64,000 nucleotides of DNA, from the NCBI GenBank assembly GCA_963796285.1, contig CAWCKW010000012.1, positions 1,024,001 to 1,088,000 on the forward strand. The letters are read 5' to 3'. Source of the DNA: Nitrospirota bacterium. GTDB taxonomy: Bacteria; Nitrospirota; UBA9217. The position numbers and the translations under genes are program-made. Below, piece after piece: positions 44,043-55,542 of this stretch; the first letter of the stretch is position 1, and each line of letters opens with the position of its first letter. Below the pieces are notes generated by a model. The model searched no databases, was not told the origin of the DNA, and saw only the letters and a list, made by a program, of their open reading frames with translations.

Positions 44043-44756
44043 TTACTTCGCTGCACTTCCCGCAGCCGGTTGCGGTGCCGATTTAATCACCTGCACCTTT
44101 CCCATAGCTTCTATGCCCCAGGTCGTGCCGCCGAGCTTCTCTTGCGCCAGTTTGTATTTTTTCTCCGATTCGGACTTGTTGCCGGAAGTCTCATAGAGCC
44201 GCGCCAATTCAATTGTGGCGACTCCCGGGCCTCCGACGGCCTCCGCTTGCTCGAATGCCTTAATGGCCTCGGCCTGCTTGCCGAGCGCGCTATAGACATA
44301 ACCCATACGCTGATATACCAGCCTGAGAAGATATTTCTCCCCTGCATATTTGCTGACAAAGAACTGATATTCCTTGATGGCCTCGTCCGGTTGACCGAGG
44401 GCCGCGAGACAGTTTCCAACGTAATATTGCGCGATCGCAGCGCTCATGGCCCCTGGATATTTCTTCTGGACCCCGCGGAAGAGTTCGAGCGCCTTGCCGT
44501 AGTCCGCCGACAACGATCCCGAGGGGCTGTAGTATTCATAGGCAACGGCAAGAAGCGGCGAGGCCTGCCGCTCATCCGCGGCACGCAAGATCGAATATCC
44601 TCCGGCGATCACGAGCAGTGCAACGAGCACTGACGCAGCAATGACAACCTGTTTTTTGTAGGCCGACAAGATATTGGTGGCCTTGTGCGTAATGGTCGCG
44701 ATCTGCTGCTCCTGCGTCTGTTTTGTGACCTTTGCTTTTTTCTTGATCGTCAGCAT
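44043..44756 (-). CDS. Membrane-anchored TPR protein (YfgM-like)
   Basis: One N-terminal TM helix followed by TPR helices. Confidence 0.8.
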   Translation of the reverse strand: MLTIKKKAKVTKQTQEQQIATITHKATNILSAYKKQVVIAASVLVALLVIAGGYSILRAADERQASPLLAVAYEYYSPSGSLSADYGKALELFRGVQKKYPGAMSAAIAQYYVGNCLAALGQPDEAIKEYQFFVSKYAGEKYLLRLVYQRMGYVYSALGKQAEAIKAFEQAEAVGGPGVATIELARLYETSGNKSESEKKYKLAQEKLGGTTWGIEAMGKVQVIKSAPQPAAGSAAK

Positions 44757-44837
44757 CTATAAAACCTCCCCTATGATTAAACTTCGGATTTTTAAATGAG
44801 GAATGACGGCCCCACATCCTTGTCGGCCGGTTCTGCG

Positions 44838-45506
44838 TTACGGTCGCTTTTTAAAAATCGCGCCCGCCGCCGCTGCCAGACTCCTGGAATTCTGCAGAAT
44901 GGCCGCAACCGCGGCCGCGTTCAGACCCGCGCCAAGAAGGATGGTATGGGCAAACTCGTCGGTGATCAGGTCTCCCGGTTCGTGGGTGTCGGTATCGATC
45001 ACGAGTTTGGCGCCCGTCTCACCTGCTATCTTTGCAACATGTCCGTTCGACAGGCTGTGTCCCTTGCGCGCGGTGATCTCCAGATGTACCCCATTCTTGA
45101 CCGCCAGCTCTGCTTCCTCTTTGGTGATCATGCCCGGGTGCGCGAGAATGTCCACCCGCGCCTCGATCGCCGCCCGGTTCGTTCCCGGGTGGACGGGTTC
45201 GACGAGCGTTTCGCCGTGGGCGACCACGATCACCGCGCCGAGCGAACGGGCCCGCTCGGTGAGTTCGGCAAACGTCTCCGGCGGAATGTGCGTAAGTTCG
45301 ATCCCGGGCAGTGCCGTGATCTTCCAGCGACGGTTGAGTTCCTTGCACGCCGCGGCCACACGCGGTATGGTAAAATCCAGGTTCGAGGCATCGGCGTGGT
45401 CCGTGATCGCGATCACTTCGTAACCTTTCATAACCGCGCGTCGCACCAGTTCCGACGGCACGAGCACGCCGTCACTGAATAGAGAATGGGTATGAAGATC
45501 TATCAT
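44838..45506 (-). CDS. PHP-domain phosphoesterase (histidinol-phosphatase-like)
   Basis: DLHTHS, AITDH, GIELTH, LAHPG, DTDTH. Confidence 0.9.
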   Translation of the reverse strand: MIDLHTHSLFSDGVLVPSELVRRAVMKGYEVIAITDHADASNLDFTIPRVAAACKELNRRWKITALPGIELTHIPPETFAELTERARSLGAVIVVAHGETLVEPVHPGTNRAAIEARVDILAHPGMITKEEAELAVKNGVHLEITARKGHSLSNGHVAKIAGETGAKLVIDTDTHEPGDLITDEFAHTILLGAGLNAAAVAAILQNSRSLAAAAGAIFKKRP

Positions 45507-45610
45507 AGTTTCACCTTCGGTGTTATTGGATATTGCAAATTGGAAATTGTAAATTTACGCTGTTTTTTTCAATTTCCATTCTCCAATTTTCAACTTTTCA
45601 ATTCGCGCGA

Positions 45611-46549
45611 TCAGCGCGCCTTTCCCTGATAACTTCCCCGCTGTTCCATGAAGGTATCGAGGTCGCGCAGCAGTTCGCTGCGTGTCTTGTTCCAGACCGG
45701 CGCGATCAGGATCTCGTCGGGAGCAGCCGCGAACAGCCGCTGCAGCACAACATCCGGTGAGAGCCGCTCCAGAAAATCCGCCAGCATCTCGATATATTCA
45801 TGATATCCGAAGGTAGTAAAAGGCTTTTTCGAGTAAAGTTCCGCAAGCGCCGTCTCCTTCACCACCTGAAGCTGATGGATTTTGAGGAACTCGATCGGCA
45901 GATCGGAGAGAACGTCCGCCATGTCGAGCATCTCGTTCCGGGTCTCCGTCGGGAAGCCGAGAATAAGGTGCGCCCCGACATGAATACCCCGGCCAATGGT
46001 CAAGGCAAGTGCGTTCTTGAAACAAGCGTAGTCATGACCCCGGTTGATGAAGGCAAGCGTCTTATCATAGATCGACTGGAGCCCGTATTCCACCAGGATA
46101 AAATGGTCGCGGCTGAGCGTCGAAAGAAGCGCGATCTTTTCCGCGTCAACGCAATCCGGCCGCGTGCCTATGGCAAGGCCGACTACGCCGGGGTTGTCGA
46201 GTGCCTCCCGGTAGAGCCGTTCGAGGACCTCAACGGAAGCGTAGGTGTTCGTATAAGGCTGGAAGTAGACAATGAATCTCTCCGCGCCGTAACGCGATCT
46301 GAGATAGGGGATCCCCTTCTCGATCTGATCGTGCAGCGATGCAGTGCTGGTGCACGCCGAGGGACGGAAACTGTCGTTGTTGCAGTAGATGCACCCGCCG
46401 GTCGCAAGCGAGCCGTCACGGTTCGGGCAGGTAAAACCAGCGTCCACGTTGACCTTATAGACAGGCCGGCCATATAGATCCTTCATATACTGGCCAAAGG
46501 CATTATAGCGTCTTGTCGCGGTCTTTTTATCCGGTGTTGCTAATTTCAT
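45611..46549 (-). CDS. Radical SAM protein, YhcC/TIGR01212 family
   Basis: GFTCPNRDG....GCIYC, YFQPYTNTY, IGTRPDC, NRGH. Confidence 0.92.
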   Translation of the reverse strand: MKLATPDKKTATRRYNAFGQYMKDLYGRPVYKVNVDAGFTCPNRDGSLATGGCIYCNNDSFRPSACTSTASLHDQIEKGIPYLRSRYGAERFIVYFQPYTNTYASVEVLERLYREALDNPGVVGLAIGTRPDCVDAEKIALLSTLSRDHFILVEYGLQSIYDKTLAFINRGHDYACFKNALALTIGRGIHVGAHLILGFPTETRNEMLDMADVLSDLPIEFLKIHQLQVVKETALAELYSKKPFTTFGYHEYIEMLADFLERLSPDVVLQRLFAAAPDEILIAPVWNKTRSELLRDLDTFMEQRGSYQGKAR

Positions 46550-46720
46550 TTGATTTGCTCGAGAGCTGTTCTAAATAAAGTCGCGGTTTTTAAGATGGGA
46601 CAATATACCAGATGCGTGGAGAAAAATCCAGAAGGGATTTGACCTCAGGGGCGTTAAAGACAGCGCAGGCAAGCAGAAACAGTAAACAACCACATGTTCG
46701 CCCGTTAAACGAATCCAAGT

Positions 46721-47110
46721 TTACAAAATGGTCCGCTCAACAGACTGCAGGAATTCTTCTGCAATCGGCAGCAGTTGTTCAATATCCTCCGGAGTGACCT
46801 TCTTCTTTCCTTCACAGTCGCAGGCCGGCCGGAGGTCGAAGGCCTTGCGGGCCGCCAACAGGAACCGAAGCTCAATATCACCTTTTTGAACAAATTCGGC
46901 GTCAAAGAGCGAGATCGCCGTGCTATGCATGGGCGCGCTCAAGCCTCGTGTCTGGAGCAGCCCGAGTATAGGATAGAGAAACGCGTAATAGAGGCTGTTC
47001 ATCACAAAGTTCGCCTCAGCATCCTGTACCAGGAGCGCCTTTGCCTCTTCCAGGGATTCCCTCGCCTGTTTCAGCCTGTCTTGTATGACTTTATTTTTAT
47101 TGTTCATCAT
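46721..47110 (-). CDS. Stand-alone HEPN-domain protein
   Basis: QARESLEEAKALL, NSLYYAFLY, HSTAISLF, FDLRPACD. Confidence 0.75.
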   Translation of the reverse strand: MMNNKNKVIQDRLKQARESLEEAKALLVQDAEANFVMNSLYYAFLYPILGLLQTRGLSAPMHSTAISLFDAEFVQKGDIELRFLLAARKAFDLRPACDCEGKKKVTPEDIEQLLPIAEEFLQSVERTIL

Positions 47111-47173
47111 GTAAACGATCCATCGCACAGATGGGTAATTAAGGAATATAATTCTAATTAAAACGGCAAGAAT

Positions 47174-47259
47174 ATTTCGCGCAATGGCCAAGAAGAGGGC
47201 CACACTGAGACGCTAAGCTCGCAAAGAAAGGCAAATCATTTGTTTATTATTATCAAGAT
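47174..47259 (+). repeat. MITE-like repeat, copy 1
   Basis: 35 bp identical to the reverse complement of ~55407-55441; right ends also related. Confidence 0.8.
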
Positions 47260-47406
47260 CTAAAGGTTTTCTTGGCGTCCTTTGCGACTTTGCGCGAGAC
47301 GCCTTTTAGTTTTTTGAACCTTCGGCTCCGTTTTGTACGGATCAGATTCTCAACTCTAACCTAGACTGAACGTTGCACTCTTAACGGTGCACCATTTTTT
47401 CCCGTT

Positions 47407-47865
47407 CTATCTCGTCCAGGTCGCTGTTCTGCCAAGCAATGAGATTCCGATAAATCCCCTCATTTCGAGCTGGTTCGGTGAGACCAGAGTCATCTTGCCG
47501 CTGTAGGTCTTGCCGTTCTTCGGATCGTAGACCTTGCCATCGGTCCATTTGTTCTCGCCGGCATGGACAAAATCACGAACAATGGCAAGCCCCAGACGCG
47601 GTGTTTTCCTGAGGTCCGGATCAGGGTTTTTGTTGTCGAGCTTCGGCGTGCCGGGGACGCCTTCCTCGGAACCTTCCGGATAGTTCGGCTCTTTGAGCCA
47701 GACGATCTTGCCGCAATATTTCTCTCCGCACTTGAATAGTTCGATCTTCGCGGTTTTCTCTTGATTGTCCCAGACTCCCAGGATGTCGTCGGCTCCCGCA
47801 TAAACAACTATCGGCGACAAAAGGATAAGGCTCATCAGAATGTGCATAATAAGTTTATTCATCAT
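47407..47865 (-). CDS. DUF2147 family protein
   Basis: Signal peptide; CGKIVWL, GKVYDPKNGKTY, RGFIGISLLGRTATWTR. Confidence 0.9.
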   Translation of the reverse strand: MMNKLIMHILMSLILLSPIVVYAGADDILGVWDNQEKTAKIELFKCGEKYCGKIVWLKEPNYPEGSEEGVPGTPKLDNKNPDPDLRKTPRLGLAIVRDFVHAGENKWTDGKVYDPKNGKTYSGKMTLVSPNQLEMRGFIGISLLGRTATWTR

Positions 47866-47894
47866 GGTGTGCTCCTTTCGCGGCTATTCTCACG

Positions 47895-48735
47895 TCAACT
47901 CAACAGTGACTTCACCGTCTTCATATTTCGCGGGTCGTCTTCTTCCGTTTCCTTCGGCGTTTCCATGATCTTCGGCACTTCTTTGAACGCGGGGTGATTG
48001 AGCAATGCCTTAAAGCCATCGAGGCCGATCTTGCCTTCACCGATATGCCAATGCCGGTCGACACGCGAGTTGAAGTCGCGAAGACAGTCATTGAGATGCA
48101 TGCCCTTCAGCCGCTCGATGCCGACAGTGGTCTTGATCTTCTTTGCCAGCGCATCTACTCCCGCCTTGGTACGAATGTCATATCCCGCGGCAAAACCATG
48201 GCAGGTATCGTAGCAGATGCCGATGCGGGACGGGTCTTTGAGTCTGGAGATCACTTCCTGGACCTGTCCCAGCTCATAGCCGATATCGCCTTTTTCTCCG
48301 GCAGTGTTTTCGAGCAGGATCATGGCCTTGGGTGGATGCAGCTTCATGGCCATGTTTAATGCGCTCTGAAACACGGTCTATCATCCATTGCGGTTCCTGT
48401 CCGCTTGCCGAGCCGAGGTGCGTCACCAGAAATTCCGCGCCGAGCGCCTCGGTGCGCTCCAGGTCGATGACGAATTGCTCTATGGATTTTTCGTACAGAT
48501 CAGGCTTTGACGACGCGAGGTTGATGAGATAGTTGGTGTGCACGAAGACGGGGGCAATATCGTGGTTCTGCCGAAGCTTCTTGAATTCCGCGACATCGGT
48601 CTTGTCGAGGGGCTTCACCGTCCAGCCGCGGGGATTGCGGCTGAAGATCTGCATGCAGGTGCAGTCGAGCTCGAAGGCCCGTTGGACGGCAAGCGAGAAG
48701 CCGCCGGAGATGGAGACGTGGAAGCCGATTCTCAT
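47895..48735 (-). CDS. nfo: Endonuclease IV; frameshift ~48370
   Basis: GFHVSISGG, HTNYLINLAS, LENTAG, DTCH, HLND, DRHWHIGEG, METP. Confidence 0.95.
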
Positions 48736-48858
48736 AGTATCCTTTTTTTACCACAGAGGACGCGGAGATCACCGAGAAAATCCAACAGTTGCTTGCTCGC
48801 AAATGAACGCAACTCCATACTAATGAATAATAAGAGGTCTGCATGCATAGATCCGGAT

Positions 48859-48895
48859 CCCCCTTCACCCTAATCTCTCCCTCAGGGGGCGAGGG
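48859..48895. repeat. REP-like palindromic repeat
   Basis: CCCCCTTCACCCTAATCTCTCCCTCAGGGGGCGAGGG; relatives inside cbiB (19568-19603) and recG (57732-57766). Confidence 0.7.
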
Positions 48896-48955
48896 TGTAA
48901 CCACTCACGTGACTGGAGGGACCAGTTGACAGCGAACTATCAGCGCCGTTGAGGA

Positions 48956-50995
<2,040 letters not shown>

Positions 50996-51028
50996 CTATT
51001 GTAGATACATTCTAACAGGCCCGACTTG

Positions 51029-51104
51029 ACCGCAGAGTCGCAGAGGGCGCGGAGAAAACCAATTAGAAATAATATTTTTCTCTGCGTCTCAGCGTCTCCG
51101 CGGT
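51029..51104. repeat. Nonamer-array inverted repeat element
   Basis: ACCGCAGAGTCGCAGAGGGCGCGGAGA...TCTCTGCGTCTCAGCGTCTCCGCGGT. Confidence 0.8.
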
Positions 51105-51186
51105 GGATATTTTTCTTTTTACGATTTTGTCAATTAAGGCTTCGTCAACATTCTGCCCCGAGGTTTGCACGAGAAACTCAGTGCTC

Positions 51187-52572
51187 TTAACCTTCCCCCT
51201 TCTCCTCCAACTCATAGTCCTTGATCTTCGTGAGGAGCGTCTTGTAGCTCACCTGGAGGACCTCCGCGGCGCGGGACTTGTTTCCCCCGGTCTGCTTCAG
51301 CACCTGCCTGATACGGCGTGACTCGGCGATGCGCGTGGCAGCGGCGGCGATGTCATGGAGAGGACCATCCATCGGCACGTGCTCCGCAAGCGCGTCGAGT
51401 ATGCTCGATTCGCTGATGCCGAGGTCCTGCGGACGGACAACACCGCCGTCGGCGTAGATGACCGCGCGTTCGATCACGTTCTCAAGCTCGCGCACATTCC
51501 CTTTCCACGGCGACTTCATCAGGATGTCCATGGCCTCGTCGGAGATCGTGAGCGGACCTTTCCGCACTTCGGCCGAATATTTGTTCAGGAAATTCTGCGC
51601 CAGCGCGGGGATATCATCCCGGCGTTCCCGGAGCAGCGGAATGGTGATGGGGAACACGTTCAGGCGATAGAACAGGTCCTCCCTGAACAGCTTTGCTTCC
51701 ACGGCCTTTCCGATGTCCTTATTCGTGGCCGCCACGACGCGCACATCGATCTTTATAGGTTTGCCTCCGCCCACGCGCTCGATGACCTGTTCCTGGAGCA
51801 CGCGAAGCATCTTCGCCTGCAGGGTCAGGTCCATGTCGCCGATCTCGTCCAGGAACACGGTACCTTTGTCCGCCAGTTCGAGCTTGCCGAGCTTCCGCGC
51901 GTCCGCTCCGGTGAAGGCGCCCCGCTCGAACCCGAACAGTTCGCTCTCCAGCAGCTCACGGGGGATGGCGGCGGAATTGATCGCAATGAACGGAGCGTCC
52001 TTTCGGTTGCTCAGAGAGTGGATAGCTCGCGCGAAGAGCTCCTTGCCGGTGCCGCTTTCGCCATGAATAAGCACGCTTGCGTTGGTGGGGGCCACTTTCT
52101 GAATCTTGGCCATGATCTCCAGCATCTGGCTGCTCTTGCCGATGATCTTCGGGAAGCCGAACTTTTCGGCGAACTCTTCCCTGAGGAGGATGTTCTCGCT
52201 GGCCATGCGCGAAGCATCAAGCGCGCGTTTGAGCAGAACAAGCAGATGTTCCATATCGAATGGTTTGGTCAAAAAATCATAGGCGCCTTGTTTCACCGCC
52301 TTGACCGCGGTCTCGATCGTTCCAAAGGCGGTCATCACGATCACCGGCAGGAGCGGGTTGTCCGCTTTCACTGCCTTCAGCACCTCGAAACCGTCCTTCT
52401 TCGGAAGTTTTAAGTCCGTAAGCACCAGGCCGATCCGTTCATCGGATAGTTTCCTGATCCCTTCGGCCCCGTCTTTGGCGGGGATCACCCGGTAGCCTTC
52501 GGTTTCAAGGGTCTGCTTGAGCATTTCAAGCATGCTCTCTTTGTCTTCTATGACGAGGATCGTATCAACCAT
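51187..52572 (-). CDS. Sigma-54-dependent response regulator (NtrC/PilR-like)
   Basis: Receiver domain, GESGTGKE, GAFTGA, Fis-type HTH. Confidence 0.95.
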   Translation of the reverse strand: MVDTILVIEDKESMLEMLKQTLETEGYRVIPAKDGAEGIRKLSDERIGLVLTDLKLPKKDGFEVLKAVKADNPLLPVIVMTAFGTIETAVKAVKQGAYDFLTKPFDMEHLLVLLKRALDASRMASENILLREEFAEKFGFPKIIGKSSQMLEIMAKIQKVAPTNASVLIHGESGTGKELFARAIHSLSNRKDAPFIAINSAAIPRELLESELFGFERGAFTGADARKLGKLELADKGTVFLDEIGDMDLTLQAKMLRVLQEQVIERVGGGKPIKIDVRVVAATNKDIGKAVEAKLFREDLFYRLNVFPITIPLLRERRDDIPALAQNFLNKYSAEVRKGPLTISDEAMDILMKSPWKGNVRELENVIERAVIYADGGVVRPQDLGISESSILDALAEHVPMDGPLHDIAAAATRIAESRRIRQVLKQTGGNKSRAAEVLQVSYKTLLTKIKDYELEEKGEG

Positions 52573-52579
52573 GCGATCG

Positions 52580-53842
52580 TTACCTCAGCGGGAGGATCAT
52601 TGTAAACTTCGTTCCCTTGCCCTGCCTGCTCTCAACTTCCACACTGCCCCCATGAGCGGTGATGACCTTATGTGCCAGCGCAAGCCCCATGCCGACTCCT
52701 TTGTCCTTGGTGGTGAAGAAAGGCAGAAAGATCTTTTTTATTACCTCGGGAGCTATCCCTTCCCCCGTGTCGCCGACAGTGATCCTCATTTCGTGGTGGG
52801 CCTTCACTGCCTTCAACGAGAGGGTCCCTTCGCCGGGCATGGCCTCAATGGCGTTCTGGATCATGTTGGTTACTGCCTGTCTCATCAATACTTCATCGAG
52901 TGAAGCTTCAAAGGCGTCGAGTTGCAGGTCCGTTTTGATCCGGGACGCTGTGCCTGTTGCCTGCTGGATATTCGAAAGACAGGTCCCGATCAATTCCCTG
53001 ACATCGATATTCACCCGGTTCAGCGACGCAGGCCGCGCAAAGGTCAGGAGGTCGCCGATGATCCGGTTCATGCCATCGATCTCGGTTGCAATGCGATTGA
53101 TGAGCTCCTGCCCCGCGGGATCCGCGTTTTTCGACAGCAGGTTGAGATATCCGGTTATTACCGCCATCGGGTTCCGGAGCTCGTGGGCAATGCCGGCGGA
53201 CATCTCGCCGAGCGCTTTCAGGCGCTCCTGAAGCTCTACCTGTTCCTGAAGACGTTTGACCTCGGTAAGGTCGGAGAATGACAGGATGACGCCGAGTGCG
53301 GCGCCATGCCGGTCGCTCAACAACGCGGTAGTATACCCGAGCCAAAGCCGCCCGGTCGATCGTTCCAGCACCGCTTCCATGCGGGCGGACGGTTGTTTTT
53401 TCCCCAGGGTTTCGTTCACGGCCTGGGCGATGCCGCCTGGCCCGAGGAGTTCCTCACAGCTCCTGCGAACTGACTGCTCCCGGGTAATTCCAAGGATCTC
53501 TTCGGCGGCCCGGTTGATCGTGGTCAAGCGACACTCCCGGTCGAAGGTCATCACTCCGTTCGTGACGCACTGGAGGATGTTCTCGTTATAACTTTCGACG
53601 TTCTCGGCGCGCTGTTCCGCGAGGGCCCTGAGCCGCTCCAGCTCTTTCTCCTTCTCTTTAAGCTGTCTGGTCACATCCTGGAAGGCGTTGATGATGAACG
53701 AGGTGTCGGTGGTTTTCTCGCGTTCCACGGACTGCATGCCGAGCTCGCGGCGATATCGGCGCGCGATCCCCCAGACGACAATCACTCCGATCGCAGTGAT
53801 CATAACGCCGGGCAGCAGTATGAAGAAGGCATGGGACGTCAT
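52580..53842 (-). CDS. PAS sensor histidine kinase
   Basis: One TM helix, PAS, AHELRNP, GVGMGLA; start overlaps the pilD stop (ATGA). Confidence 0.93.
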   Translation of the reverse strand: MTSHAFFILLPGVMITAIGVIVVWGIARRYRRELGMQSVEREKTTDTSFIINAFQDVTRQLKEKEKELERLRALAEQRAENVESYNENILQCVTNGVMTFDRECRLTTINRAAEEILGITREQSVRRSCEELLGPGGIAQAVNETLGKKQPSARMEAVLERSTGRLWLGYTTALLSDRHGAALGVILSFSDLTEVKRLQEQVELQERLKALGEMSAGIAHELRNPMAVITGYLNLLSKNADPAGQELINRIATEIDGMNRIIGDLLTFARPASLNRVNIDVRELIGTCLSNIQQATGTASRIKTDLQLDAFEASLDEVLMRQAVTNMIQNAIEAMPGEGTLSLKAVKAHHEMRITVGDTGEGIAPEVIKKIFLPFFTTKDKGVGMGLALAHKVITAHGGSVEVESRQGKGTKFTMILPLR

Positions 53843-54666
53843 ATACGGATCAGGCCGAGATACCACGAAACGATATCAGGTCCATAAAACGCACTTGAAA
53901 CGGCGCCAACCGCAAGGAACGGGCCGAAGGGAATGTACTTTCCCATTTTGTGTCTGTTCAGGGCGATCAGCAAAACACCGATCACGGAGCCGGCCAGCGC
54001 GCCGAGCATGATGGTAAGGAGGGCGCCCTTCCACCCCAGGAAGCTCCCCACCATGCCCATGAGCTTCACGTCGCCTCCGCCCATGGCCTCGACGTGCCGT
54101 AGTTTTTCCCAGATCCATCCGATGGCAAGAAGGGGTCCGCCGCCGAGGACCAACCCGATGAGAGAATTCAGAAACCCTGTCAGGTACGGTCCCGCGTGGG
54201 GAAGAAAACGGCCGAGCTGGAATGGAAGGGGCTCGCCGAGCGGAGACATGAATAAGGGCGCGAGCGAAAGCCCCACAAGCATGCCCGGCAGTGTGATGAT
54301 GTCGGGGATGATCAGGTGGTCGAGATCAATAAAGGTGATTACGATCAAGGACGAGCAGAGGACCATCATGAGGACGGCTTCCCCTCCGAGCCAGAACTCA
54401 TGGACGATCCAAACGTAGAACAGGGCGTTCATAAGCTCAACGAGCGGATACTGCCACGAAATGGGCTCGCCGCAGTTCCTGCATTTCCCTCGCAGCAGAA
54501 GAAAACTGATAATCGGTATGTTGTCGTAGAATTTTACGCTGCTTTGACAACGGGGACAATGAGAAGGCGGGGTCACGATGGAACCGCCGCGCGGCAAACG
54601 CACGATGCAGACGTTCAGAAAGCTTCCAATGAGGAGACCAACAATAAAAATAAACGCGGTGATCAT
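53839..54666 (-). CDS. pilD: Type IV prepilin peptidase
   Basis: GSFLNVCIVRLP, CPRC and CRNC, IDLDH, MGGGDVKL, PFGPFL. Confidence 0.96.
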   Translation of the reverse strand: MITAFIFIVGLLIGSFLNVCIVRLPRGGSIVTPPSHCPRCQSSVKFYDNIPIISFLLLRGKCRNCGEPISWQYPLVELMNALFYVWIVHEFWLGGEAVLMMVLCSSLIVITFIDLDHLIIPDIITLPGMLVGLSLAPLFMSPLGEPLPFQLGRFLPHAGPYLTGFLNSLIGLVLGGGPLLAIGWIWEKLRHVEAMGGGDVKLMGMVGSFLGWKGALLTIMLGALAGSVIGVLLIALNRHKMGKYIPFGPFLAVGAVSSAFYGPDIVSWYLGLIRI

Positions 54667-55034
54667 TCAGATGTTCCCTCCGCTTCCTTGCGGGCAGTCT
54701 TCGCCGAAACCTGTTCGTTCACGATCATGTTGCGCAATTCCTCGATCTCCTGCTTGCGGTCTGTAAGTTCGGTCATGGCTGCGGCGATCTCCTCATCCTG
54801 TACCAGCTGTTCGGTCGTTTTCGGCAGCGCATCCCCCCTGGTGAGGTTGACCACCTTTCGGCCAATGGCCTGGTACTGTGCATCGATCTGTTCCTGGACC
54901 TCGTCGATCCTGATCCGCAACCGGACAATGTTGATCTCCACCCGCACCCGATCGGCAAACAGCGCAGCGGAGATGGATATCCGCTTTGAGCCTCGCTGCA
55001 TGTTCAGTATTGCTTTTTCCCAAATGGTCATCAT
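54663..55034 (-). CDS. Hypothetical coiled-coil protein
   Basis: AGGAG RBS; stop overlaps the pilD start. Confidence 0.7.
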   Translation of the reverse strand: MMTIWEKAILNMQRGSKRISISAALFADRVRVEINIVRLRIRIDEVQEQIDAQYQAIGRKVVNLTRGDALPKTTEQLVQDEEIAAAMTELTDRKQEIEELRNMIVNEQVSAKTARKEAEGTSE

Positions 55035-55307
55035 GACTCCTTACTTCGGGTCCAGGGTCCGGGGTCCCGGTTGATAGACATAAACCGGCCCGCTGTTTTT
55101 GCCTGGGCACTCAGTCCTGCGCCCTGGCGCCTATTTTTTTTACTGTATCAGAATACTCCTGAAATATCAACCCCGCAAACACCATGCTATCATACCGCAA
55201 CACAATATCCGCAGAAAATTATCCTAGAAAAAAGCAGATAGCAACAGAGATCACAGAGAACTCATTTGCAAAATGCATAGAATACTAAGACGAAAACTTT
55301 AAACCTT

Positions 55308-55443
55308 CTCTCGCGCAAAGCCGCAAAGGCCGCAAAGAACTGCGAAATCAAAAGCAATTATTATTTTAAATCAAGATTTAAAAGATTTCCTTTGCGCGCT
55401 TTGCGGCTCAGTGTGGCCCTCTTCTTGGCCATTGCGCGAAAAT
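55308..55443 (-). repeat. MITE-like repeat, copy 2
   Basis: CGCAAAG nonamer arrays in inverted orientation plus the 35-bp segment shared with 47175-47209. Confidence 0.8.
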
Positions 55444-55542
55444 GTTTGCATGGTTCCGGCTTTCCTGGGTTAGGATTATGCGTTTCGTTTGTTCAAAGCA
55501 CCCGTCCGCCGCATAATGAGCGCGCTACTTGCTGTTTCGGGG

